The notes beneath the pieces are model-generated. The model worked only from the letters and a program-made list of their open reading frames with translations, was not told where the DNA came from and did not search any database. A program made the translations under genes and the position numbers. A DNA stretch of 64,000 nt from Dicyema japonicum (lineage: Eukaryota; Animalia; Dicyemida), in contig RDEW01000017.1 in the NCBI GenBank assembly GCA_011109175.1, positions 124,001 through 188,000 on the forward strand, read 5' to 3'. Position 1 is the first letter of the stretch. Each line of letters starts with the position of its first letter. Positions 29,301 to 41,199 of the stretch are shown piece after piece.

Positions 29301-30406
29301 ATGGAGATTTTTTAGGAAAAAATAATCTTTAAGTGATAAAACTTTATTTTCTGCGGTTTAATGGTCATTTCTACGAAGTGCTATAAACCGCAATAACTTA
29401 TCTAACAGCTAATGCTGTCCGATCCTGGTTTGAAGCAGATCCTGGACATGGTACACCTCTCCTTTCTGGACGACCTCCATTTGAGAGCGTTTTGAAACTC
29501 TGGTGATTCAAATAGAGGTCGAACTGTATTTGGTAAGCAATAATTATAATTTTTATTGATTTTAATGAGGCATTTTAGTTCATAGTACAAAACCCAGATC
29601 TCAAGAGCCATACTACCTATAGCTCCTCCCAGGCAGGACAATCAATTTATTTTAAGTAAAGAACAGTTATCATAACTGAGGGAGAACCAAAGAATGCTCT
29701 TCACTTCTTTTTTTCTTTATATTGCGTGTGAGTCCTTTATAGACGATCCGGTTCTGCAGTGAGATGTTCACTGGCGTCACTTTTAAGCCAAAGCATTTAA
29801 GCAAATATTTGTGAGAATATTAGCTTCCTAAATTTAATGCATAATTTATAGCTGTGTTCTAAATGGTGACTTCCTACTAAAAGAAAAATCCCTAATATTC
29901 TATATTCTCTGAAGAGCCATGTGCTATTATATTTGTCAATATTTTGGAGACATGTTTGCTGGACAACGAACTTTTCGACTGTCTGGGGGCTGGAAAGCTT
30001 CCGCTAGCTTTCAGTTTAGTGATGCTGTGGTAATTGATTAATAAATTTGAATGACTTTATTAAGATGAGATCTAAGGTCATCCTCACAAGACTACTGCAA
30101 TTGCTGCTAATTTATTATAAATAGGAATAATTCAGGTAATTACTTCCCACGAGAAGGAACGTGTAAAATACGTGGAAACTAAATATGGATATTTAGTAAG
30201 CTGAAATCAATATATATTTTATCAAAATATAATAGAATTGGAATGAAGAATAACATTATTATAAAATATTAAATAATTTATATAAAAATTATTAATTATT
30301 AATAATTACGACATATAAAAATTTCTCTCGTGGTGAACCTTCTTTGGTCTTTATTTTAATTGACAAAAAAAATAAGTAAAATCTAAACAATAAATATAAT
30401 ATATAG

Positions 30407-33400
30407 ATGTCAAATACGATTTCATCATATAGTCAATTAAAACAACAAATTTTAGGCTATGACGACGAAGAACCAGATCCCCAAGAAGAAGAAGTAGTAT
30501 TCGAGCAGCCATATGACTATTCAGCCATGACAATCGAAGAAAACAAGTTCCTCGAGGAAGAAGGAATGGAACACGACTCTGAGTTCTACGACCCACATTT
30601 CAAGGGACCTAAAAGGAAAGTTGTCCTCGCACCACCAAAACGGGACGGCCGTGGACGTCCACCAGGCAGTGTCAACACTCGTCCTGCAGAAAGCGAGGCA
30701 GAAAACCTATGATCAGGGAACTTCCAGTCCGTCGTGGTCGCCGAGGAAGGCCTTCCTTGTACAAGACAGTGAAAGATCTCCCTCTAATATACGGGTCCCG
30801 GTTCTCTAGTGTGGACAGTCTAATTAAACTGTTAATTGAGTACCAGCAGATCGCTCAAATAAGGATGAATTTGAACGAGGCTATTCGTCTCACTGATACC
30901 ATGGAGTACGTTGAGAGGGACGTTTTGATGTCTCTTGGATTCTCCTTTTTATCCTTCGGATGTGACTCCAGAATAACTCAGTAACCGCAAAATATTCATT
31001 TTAGCTGTGATTCTGACTCCGTGGAGCCCTGTCCCTTCAAATTGGAGGTTGTGATGTCCCATGACAGTCATTCTCTCTTCGTTCGTTTGTTTCACGATGT
31101 CCACTGTCAAAAAGTCAACGTAAACTCGGATTCCGTATCTAATCTTCTTATTCTAGTCCCCGATGGTAGAACCTAATGATTTCTCGGAACTGAGGGAGAA
31201 GATCTCCGAGTTTGGGAAGAGCTATTTTTCGAGGGAGATCCTACAGCGAATGAACGACCTCCGTTTGGATGGCGTCATCTGTGATATGATTTTCACATCT
31301 AAAAATGGTGGATTCATCAAAGCCCACAAAATGGTGGCCGTCAGTCGGTCCCCAGTCTTAGCCCAGATGCTCATGGATGACGATGACGACGTGGAGACCG
31401 AAAACAAGGAAGAGACAGAACCCATGGAGATAAAAAGCGTCAGAGTTGACTGCAGTTTTGAGGCAATTTCTGGTTTTTATAGTTGTTTAGACTTTGGAGG
31501 ACTTTCTTAACGTTCTTTATGAGAATCCAATCTCAAATTTTCACAACCGCAATGAGCTTTGTTCTGTGCTTCTTAGCTTTGAAATCGACGCCTCTGATGC
31601 CCTTAAAGAGCGGGGACCGTATGATTCCGAAGATGAGTACGATCCCTACTCCAACGATGCATACGTGTCTGACTCTGACGTATACGACTCTCTTCCCTCT
31701 CCCAAACGAAGGAAGAAATCGTCCTATGCCCCGAGAATGCGTAAGAATCAGCCCATGTACGATGACTCGGAGGACTCTGACGCCAGTTTACCGTAAGTGT
31801 CCTTTAATTATGGCAGAATGGACTATAACTCTGATTTTGACAGTCAAATGGCCCAGATCCTCGAGTCCTCAACCAATGAGCAGAAGAAGCTGTTGGTTTG
31901 TGACATTTGCATTAAACCTTTCAATGATCTGATGTTGTGTTTATTCTCATCTTTAGGTCTCTTGAAAGCCATCGAATAATAGCCCACAAGTCCTCTCAGA
32001 GTCGCCCAGATAGGGTTCCTTACTCGTTTGGGGGAGAAAAGGTTGACAATTTCCCCGTCCACTTGATAAAACCCTCAAAAGTGCCGAATATGTTTGACTG
32101 TCCTGAGTTTGGGTGCGATTATTCGGCCCACAATAAGGTCAACGTTCAGAGACACATGGGAGATCAACACGGATATGGGGAATCCCAATTTGGGTAGATT
32201 ATTATCTTAGTGTAGATGTACCTTCTGTGAGGCCAGATTTGTGGCTCAGAGATATTTATGGGAACATCAAAGTCGAAATCACGGAAGCGAGGCTGGAGAT
32301 GAGAACAAAATTCCATGTACTGTTGAGTACTGTGGGTATTCGACATATATGTAAGGATTTTTTTTATTTTACAGAGTTTCTTCCTTGGTGTCTCACATAC
32401 AGGACGAACACTCCCAATTATTCCAGATCAGATGCTACGTATGCAATCAGGAGGTACTGGTTAGGTAGTTCTTTTTGTATATTGAAAGACAACTGGTTAA
32501 GCACTTTACTGACCATCACGACTATAGATTGAATGAAAGTGGGGATGTTTTCGGTGATGTTCCTGATATGGCTGAATCTGGGAGAGTTTTGTGTCCCTAC
32601 TGCTCACAGATCTTTACCGAGGCGACACTGGGACGACATCAGCAGAATTGTTCAATGTCTTACAGACGAAATCAGGATTGTCCTAGCTGTTCATTCAGGT
32701 CTCCGACTCGACGAAGTTTGGCTGGTTTGTTTGATTGTTAAGTTCAGAACATATGTTAAGGAATCATGGAATTCCGTTAAATGAAAGGGAATGGGGGTCA
32801 CAGATTCTGCGGTGCCAAGAGCAAGGATGCGACTTTACTACCTTGCACTCACGGGAAATTAAGAAACACGCCGAAAAAACTCACAGTTGTGCCTGTACTA
32901 ATCCCTAGTGTCTCGAAAACACCTGTGTACTGTCTGTGGGAAATTGTATGCCACGTTGGACACTCTGCGTGTTCATTACTACTACGCTCACAAGCCATGT
33001 TCTGTCTTAAAGTGCAAAGTCTGTGGAAAAGTGTTCAGAGTAACTTGTGGTCTCATTGTAGACTAAACAAGTGATGGACAACCACATTACTTCCCATCAT
33101 TTGATGCTTGGTCCGGTTTATCAATGCGTGTATTGTCCACTTACTTGTGCTCAGCAGAGAAGTATGCGAAAACATCTCAAGGAACGGCATCCTGAGTGCG
33201 AGCCTAGGGTTTTTTCTATGACTTAGTTTAGTTCCGTCAAACGCGGCAGCCTATCCCTTTTCATAAAGGGCGCACTACAAGAACCGGTCCTCATTCAAAT
33301 ATCTATCTGACTAAGTACTACAGCCGGGTTTACCTGGACTCGAACAGAGACTGGAAACGACAAGCTAAAGAGATTGAAGCCACAGACTTAAGTCACGCTC

Positions 33401-33687
33401 ATCTCGTAGATCCCGATTTATATACTATCGAAGAAGTTGCCGTGGATGATGGTTCTATGAGGGATGGAATAAATGATTCTGTGGATATCCTTGATGCTGT
33501 ACCTGTGATGCAATCCAGTATGTCTGGGAACACGCTCTCGATGGCAGAGCCATTCCAGTCGCACTTTGACGTTAATATGGGAGATTTAGGCCTTCAAAGG
33601 TTGACTACTTCATTTCCTGGGAACTACATGGGGAACATTGAGTCGCAGCCTGGACTTGAGCCATTTGACGAGCAGGCTCCTCATTAG
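30407..33687 (+). CDS. Multi-domain nuclear protein: acidic N-terminus, two AT-hooks, ZSWIM3-N/FAR1-like domain, BTB/POZ and about 10 or more C2H2 fingers
   Basis: GRGRPP and RRGRRGRP; GSRF...SFGC...CPFKLEV...LFVRLFHDVH; CDMIF..FIKAHKMVAVSRSPVL..DCSFE|TLEDFLNVLY; CDIC..H..H, CPEFGC..H..H, CTFC, CPYC, CPSC. Several frameshifts; that it is one gene is inferred. Confidence 0.72.
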
Positions 33688-33738
33688 TTAGTTTATATAC
33701 TAATTTCTTTTGGAAATAATTTGTAGCGTCTTTATTAA

Positions 33739-34906
33739 TTAAATTGTTTTTTTCTTGGATAAAATTGCAATGATGATAAGGGCAATTGTTGAGACGATTG
33801 ACACGATGATATAGGCGATTGGAAGAAACAAATTGTTTGTGCCTACCCAGTTGGGATTGGATATGATTATCGCCTTTCTCCCATCAAAGACGTGCACAGG
33901 AAAATCTGATTATAATCATAATATTACTGTATTTGATATGAAGCTTATATTCCCCTGCGGGGAGTCCATTCTTAAAGCGATAATCTGCATGATCTACTAA
34001 TCGGTAAAGTTTAAGTGGGGACGGAAAGGCTCCTGGACGCATCCAGACAATGAAATCCTCGTTCTCATATCCGTTGTTGTTGGGATTACTAATATCTAGT
34101 TCCATCACCGTCATTCTCCAGGATGGCGGTTTGACTGTCCCATCCCACGCTAATTTGTCTATAAAAAGCAAACTTTTAGGATTTTTGTAGCGAGAACGTT
34201 TATCATAAGGATTGGATATCCCCTGTCGTAATAAAGGGACAGAAGAACCATTGAACGATAAACTGACCGTGTCTAATTGTTAAAAAAGACAACTACCGTT
34301 ATACATAGAATTTGCATTTGTTCCGCAGGGGGCATAAGAATGAGTTTCACCATTTTGGGTCATAGAACGATAAGGCTCACAATCAGATGACGGAGTACCC
34401 AAACTTCCGGACAATTGTTTGAAGTCGATAGAGTTTGCAAAAGTACGGTAGTTTTGGTAAAATTCTTCAATTCTGTAATAGATGTAGACTTGTTTCTGCA
34501 CATTTTGTGAAAAAATATACATTGATTGCTTTAGCCAACGTAAAACTCACCACACAGGTGCAGAGGGGAAGGGAAGATATTATTAGCAGCTCTTTTGAGG
34601 TATTCTTCACAAGTATTTTCAGGTACATTGATGGTAGGACTGCATTCGTCGTAATTAACGGTAACCTCGTTGACTAGAATTAAGAAAGACTGCGACATGA
34701 ATGCAGTGATCATTATTATACCGAAAATTAGGAAAAATAACGACATTCCAATAATTATTGGGAAATGCATTTAATAGAGAAATGGATGATTACAGCAGGT
34801 AGACGTTGTTGCTTAAACTGTTGACCTAATTGCTGAAATTTAACTATAAACCTTTTTTCTGGACGAAAGTCATCTCTGAGACTTCTATTTCCGAATTAAT
34901 TTCCAT
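33739..34906 (-). CDS. TMEM30A: CDC50/TMEM30 flippase beta subunit
   Basis: FKQQRLPA, TM1, VYIYYRIEEFYQNYR, YAPCG..ANSMYN, NNGYENEDFIVWMR, WVGTNNLFLPIAY plus TM2. Confidence 0.9.
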
Positions 34907-35099
34907 TTGTTATCACAACTAAAAGACTTAATAGTTGGAATAATTTTAAATTAATATAATGACCTTGAAAAAAATATTGATTTAATTAATTAATCTTTGA
35001 TATATATTTTTAGTCATATTTTAACAAATTTCATATTTTTTCGACTTGGTTGATAAGAAAAGTTTATACTGTTTAGGAAAGGTTTAGAGATAAGATTTC

Positions 35100-36780
35100 C
35101 CTGTCACCTGCAAATGAGTGCCCCGGAAAATTTGAATAACGTCCCAGGGGAGGTTTCGGGTCGCCAGGTTTCCGCATCGTCCCAATTATCTTTGAAACCT
35201 TGACGCGTTTAAGTAAATTGGCAGAGGAGCCGTCAACAAAATTGAGACTGCGATTGTAGCGACTGAGAGACCCTTGGAAACTGAATATGCGTAATTGGAT
35301 GTTAATTGCCGCCCAACCTATATCCTGGGTTGTTAAATAAGTGCTAATTATTAATATTGACAGATAAAATTGATTTTTTAATTGATTTCTAAGGTTTTTT
35401 GGTTTCTATGGAAACCGTTAAAAATTGAATAAAGTAGCATCGAAATAGCATTGCTTCCTTATAGTCAAATCGATTTTGTGGTCTATTTTTAATATCGTGG
35501 TGATTGTTTTTTATGAAAGTACGATTAAAGTCATGTAACTCAGGCTAGACTGAATCTAGAGAGATTACGTCGGGATATTTATCTAAAACTGTTACACCGA
35601 CACATTCGCTCCTTGCAAACTACATCAGAGTGTTTCTGGAGCCTGCTCTGCCGCGAGAAGGCCGAAAGATTAAAACAAAAAAAATACGCGGTCCTACCCG
35701 AGGATTTTTGTTTTTTCGTTCGTTGTTGAAACGTCCGGTTCCCTTGCGCCTTCAAAACTGGAATTCCTGGGTCGTCTATGGTATCGCATTTCTACACCAA
35801 CGGGAGATCTCCGTGAGCGCTGCTGGCTATTAATCGAATCTCGCACATCATCCTGAAAGGGAATAGCCACCCAGGCTACTGTATGACCCTCGGCTGATTG
35901 TTTCCTCATTTTAATATAAATTAAATACTAAATATGCTGAAAGGCATGAAAGGAATTTGCAATAAACCTGGATTCAGCTGGCAAGAGACATGGGGCATTG
36001 TAATGAACGAACGCCAGGCACTGTGAAAGCTATCTCCGTTCGCAGGGTCTCTCAGTCTTGTCGATCTTTTCTCGATTTTGTTGACGACTCTTTTACTCAT
36101 CCATCCAAACACTAGAGATTTTGAAGGTCATTGGGACGAAGCAGAAAATGGTGATCTATCATTGATGCGGACGATGACCATTCGCGTCGTAGTCGAATTC
36201 CCGATTTCGTCGACGACTCCTATATCAATCGTTCCTGAGGTTGAAACAGAAACGATCTCCGAGAGTTGAAAAAAATCAGTCAGTGATTGGCAAATACTTC
36301 CAACTCATCTCGGTCGAAGTTTCGGAAACTGAGCTTCCTTTTTTCATTTTTATTGACCCCGGATACACAGAGAAAGAAGTTGAGTATATCAGTTTCCACT
36401 GTTACAGACTCCTTCAACGTCACACAAGTCCATTCGGAACCAGCATAAAAAATAAAAGACATCCATTCCCTGCAATTGTGGAAATCCCTCCAGCGGAATG
36501 GGGGAAAGTTATGTCATCGAGAATTTACTGCCCGAAAGTATTTCCATATCTGATAAAGACCTTATATTCCCAATCACACTGTGTACAATGGGGAGAGGCA
36601 ACAATTAATCGAAGGTACTCTGCACCAATTATGTCTGCTTGACGTGCATACATCATTATTCTTCCTAAAGAGCAGCCTCAACATACAGAGGCTTGCATAT
36701 GTCCTGGGAACTGCCCCATATATCAACCAATATGACACTCTTTCGCAGTAACGGGACCTTCCGTTCAACATCAAAGCGTC
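35100..36780. mobile_element. Cluster of CRE-clade fragments: RT piece (-) 35100-35330, REL 3' end (+) 35580-35900, RT piece (+) 35930-36780
   Basis: KIIGTMRKPGDPKPPLG; AERLKQKKYAVL..VETSGSLAP..RISHIILKGN; PKVFPYLIKTLYSQSHCVQWG. 35227-35290 is homologous to the reverse complement of 36030-36095. Confidence 0.6.
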
Positions 36781-36819
36781 TCTCCTTGCATATCTCTCGT
36801 CACTAATGTCTAGGGCGAA

Positions 36820-38230
36820 CTAAGTTGCACCAAATTAAAGCTAAGGCCATTGTAAAGGATTATCATAAAGAATGTATGATTCTTTAGGATGGTGCGCTAT
36901 ATTGTCGACTCTGTTTGTGTAATATTAAATGCGAGAAAAGGCATTTTGTAAATTCCCATCGATCCTCACAAAAACATCAAAATTTATTGAGTTTTGCAAA
37001 ATAACAATTATTTTTTGTAGATTATCTGACCGAATCGGACCAAACAAATATTGACCAATATTCCAAAAATGATGATTGAGCTCTACAAGTAACCAGACCA
37101 TTTATAAAATCTGATATTCCACTAAACAAACTATCTATGCCGTGGCTTAGAAAATTGTTCTAATGAGGCTCTGTACGAGTTCCCTCACCATCAAAAGCTA
37201 AAAGCTGTTTGGATCAAATCATAATGGATCACAAATTGTTAATTCAACAAAAACTTGTGTATAAAAATGTACTTTATTTTGTAGCAATCAAAAAGTTTTT
37301 GCTAATACGGATGAAACAAAAATCCGGGGCCAAAGATACGTTGCTGTGATGATTGGATTCTCCTGAAACAGCATATCTGATATCGTTTAAGCCGATAGAA
37401 TCTGCTCCTAACAAGAACATCATTACTCAGATAGTCGACGATGCACTTGGAAATGATTTGGTTTAAAAGGGAAATTTCCTTTTGTTAATTTCGGATGCTG
37501 CAAATTATATGAAATCAAATAAAATTTAATGTTTTAGCTGGCAAAATACTTAAAAATCTTTACCCCAAGTTATTCCATGTCACATGTACGTTCATCTATT
37601 ACACAATTGTTGTGAGAAAATAAGAGACTCTTATCCGAAAATTGATTTGATGATAGCTACTATACAAGCAGCAATTAACAAGAACGATACAAGAAAACGA
37701 ATATTTCAAGACATAAACATCGCCATTCCACCTCGAGTGCATTTGACAAGATGGGAGAGTTGGTTTAAGCCCGGTACTTACTATTCAGAAAATCTGGTCG
37801 GATTAAAAACTATTTTCGAATCATTCGGGGATGATGGATATCTAGTTTGAACAGCCAAAGAAAGTATTCAAAACCATGTGTTAGTGAGCAGTCTATGTGA
37901 CCTTATCCAAAGCTATTCAAATATTCCAGGTTTTGGAATGATGTCGCTATTGCAGATATTATTACCAAAGTACGCGCTTCACAATCGAACAAGCATTAGA
38001 ATCGTTGGAATTTGGAAATGACAACAAATTTATTAAAGAATACATAAATAAAAGCTTCAAAAAATGATATTTCAAATAATTAAAATGACTAATTCATACA
38101 TATCTCCTGCCGAGTATTCATTACTCCTGAATTGTCAGCCAACTAGTGCTTATCTGAGATAAAGAATTTTCTAAGATCCAACAGACATTTTCTACCAGAA
38201 AATTTAGAAAATTATGTAATTTGTTGTGTA
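36820..38230 (+). mobile_element. DUF659/CGGBP-type hAT-like transposase, degenerate, with tiny introns
   Basis: LYCRLC...H..SQKH finger; KVFANTDET; ISDAANYM..AGK.L...YPKLFHVTC.VHLLH; PPRVHLTRWESW. No TIR pair found. Confidence 0.7.
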
Positions 38231-38309
38231 ACAAAAAGTTTTAGTGTTTTTATTATTTAGTTATTAAGTGCTTGCCAGAAAGAAAAGGGATCAACGAGAA
38301 GGGTTATGG

Positions 38310-38990
38310 CTAAGACAAATGATTGGAATAGCCATACTCCGAGGGAACTCGTTCGCAATCCACGCAGCAGGCTTCCTCAACTGACATTTGTTTAATTGTT
38401 AAAAAAATTATTTTATAAAAAAAAGAAGTTATTATGTTAAATTTTTGGATTAATTTTTTTTAGTTTTTAGGTTAATAAAGTTAATTTTTTAGGTTAAATT
38501 TTTTATTTTTAGGTTAAAAAAATAGCCCTACTAATGGCCTATGATACTCTTGTAAAGCAGATTTACACACTCCCCGAATCCTCTACTGAACAGGACTTGG
38601 GTCATGCATATGAGGCCTGGAGGCGTACCTATCTATTTTTCTCACCTTCCTTGAACTCTCAACGAGGTCTGGAAGATTCCGTATGACAAAATTCATTTGA
38701 AGATGTGTCATCTAACCAACACCGCCGTGCTTGTTTGTTGTCGGGGACGTCTTCCGAAAACGCCATTCCTAGTGGAGTTTTGGGTTCCTTTCTGAATGAT
38801 GAATGCGTTCATATTGGGGTCTCATTACGACTCAGATTAAAGTCTCTGTGCCGCATCCATGCCGATGTGGGGACCAGATTGACCGTTTTGGTTTGCACCC
38901 ACTCTCCTGCAGGAAGAGTGCGGGTAGATCTCCAGACACATGGCCTTGAACGAAGTCGTTGACGCGTTTTGTACTCAGCCGGGCACACTT
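38310..38990 (+). mobile_element. CRE-clade fragments (3' tip 38320-38380 and zinc-knuckle/REL region 38540-38990)
   Basis: AILRGNSFAIHAAGF; NAIPSGVLGSFLNDECVHIGVSLRL; PHPCRCGDQIDRFGLHPLSC. Confidence 0.7.
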
Positions 38991-39009
38991 CTATGCTCAA
39001 ACCGATACC

Positions 39010-39328
39010 AAATTTATCCTCCGATAATCCTTTACAGGCTTCCGCTTAAGAAAAGAGGTGAAGTAGGCTCGCCCTCTTCCATTTTCATACACGTCCTACC
39101 TTTGCGGACATCACTTTATTCATAGGCCTAAGAGTTTTCATAATGTAATCTTCACCAGTAGATTTGGTCAAGGAAATGATAGGAAGATCCCTTTCAACTA
39201 CTGTGTCGTTCCAAGGGTGGGATTTGTTTGACGAGAATTGATCTTTGCTAAAAAAAGTCCATCTTTCGGATTCAAACCCACGACTTTCAGATCCAATGTA
39301 ATCAGACGATGCGTTACACCAGAAGCCC
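39010..39328 (-). mobile_element. tRNA-derived SINE copy, 3'-truncated
   Basis: GGGCTTCTGGTGTAACG...GTCTGATTAC...GTCGTGGGTTTGAATCC head; body homologous to 46754-47090. Confidence 0.75.
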
Positions 39329-41199
39329 ATCTTCCTATTTGAAGCATGGAAAACTCTTATCTGAGACGTCACGTGCACCGACACATTCGCCCCATGCAAT
39401 CTAAGAGGTTGCAGAAAAAACAAAAGTAAAACATTCCAATAAATACTAAATATTTGATCAAAGATAAAAAAGGGCGGATCGAACACCGAGATTGCAAAGT
39501 AGGCAACTCAGGACGACCCATGCCCTGACAAAAAATAAGAGTACAAAGAACGGTCGCTAGACCGAACTAACATTTTCCTTACTCATAAGTTTAAGGCATT
39601 AGAGTAGCAATAATAAAGGCAGGTATATCCAAATGACCAACTAATTAGAATTTATTATTAATTACGGATAATTTTTAAACTCGATTGTTTAATAAAAATT
39701 CGTAATTTAAAATAACATTTTTTTCAAAATTTTATAATAAAAATTACAAAATTCTCAAATTCTTTTATTAATGTCATCTGCTTTGCCTTTCCATTTCCAA
39801 GGCTAAAGAAAACCGATTTTGTAAAAAGTTGCCCTCCCCAATCGGTTTCCTCTTTAAGGGTGAGAGAAAACTCTTTCGTCCGGTTGTGGGAACAATGGGG
39901 GACCACAGACGTTGGATGGCTCGATTCATTACAGGAACTGGGGTCACCTAAACGTCTGTATTTGTGTGATTCATGGATGGGGCTTGCGCCCACTTGATAA
40001 CAGCCAAGATGATCGCGTTGAAGTGAAGATCCATGAGGAAGGACTCATGAATCTTTTAGTTGCCACAAAGGGAATAAAATCCAAATTTCGCTACGAGGAG
40101 GTGATCCTCATCGAAATTTAGCTGCTGGACGCCCGGCTTCCCACAAGTTAACGAGATCGGGGCTAATAATTAACTAACTATTCGAGATATGAATAGGGCT
40201 CCCCAATTCTCTTAATAAACATGGACAGTATTATCTCGAGAGACCAATGGGGAGGTGGCAAATTCACAGCTTTATGCCTGTCACATGCGCTACTAGCTAC
40301 AATGCGCAAGACGTTATATATCGATTTTTATTAAAAATTAGAAATATCATTGGTATACACAGGCCAAAACCTAAAGAGTGAGTTATTATAAAGAAAAAAC
40401 ATCAAAATTAAGTAATAGGAAGCCATGCTAACCGACTATTACCCCGACAGTCTCCTTAAAAATCCGTAAACACAGGATCATCTCTGAAGATGTCCCAGAT
40501 ACTTTGGTGCGGTTTTTGAAACCTCGAATAAGAGTTTCGATGATTACGCCAACCTTGCACATAAACAAAGGAGCTTTAAATTTCTAACGCAGAACAGAGC
40601 GTTCGTAGCTTTTTTTTCGTATTTTAGCATTTTCCATAAAATTACCTCCCTCGTCAATTAGGAGGCCAAGGTATTTTATAGTCTTCTTTCGACGTATGTC
40701 TTGTAGCGAGCTCTTTAGGTTAGCCATCCTACTGCCTCTAGTTATCCTCACCAGACCAGACTCCTCATGCGCCACTGAAAGAAAGTTTTCATTACACCAC
40801 TCTTCGATCTGGTCCATGTACGTCTTCAATCGTTACTCAGATACCAAAAAGTTTAAAGAGACGTCATAAATTATGACGTCATTAGCGCACATCATGATTT
40901 CTGTACGTGGGTTTTCTGGGAAGGCAATTTACTCATTACAATGTTGAATAATAGAGGACTGAGCACTGAACCCTATGGTAAACCTATTCTCAACCAAATT
41001 TCACGAGACTCACAGTCTACAAAATTAAAAATTGACTTTCTATCTGGGAGCAAACTTGGTATCCAAAAATAAAGTTATTTTTCAACACATTTCGCAATAC
41101 AAATAAGAATACCAAGATTCCACACATTGTCGAAAGCTTTGGATATATCAAGGAAGACTGCGGTCAAACATCGCTTAGGGATATCGCATTGAGAATGCG

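Noticed and set aside
29330-30120. Possible MULE transposase remnant
   Set aside because: Motif support is too weak and fragmented to call.
35100-35330. RNase MRP/P-like RNA (GAGTGCCCCGG)
   Set aside because: No P4 partner; the minus strand encodes a CRE RT fragment.
35694-36270. Cadherin-like motifs (DDVRDSI, VRINDRSP) on the minus strand
   Set aside because: They are antisense to CRE-clade coding sequence that is homologous to other copies in the window.
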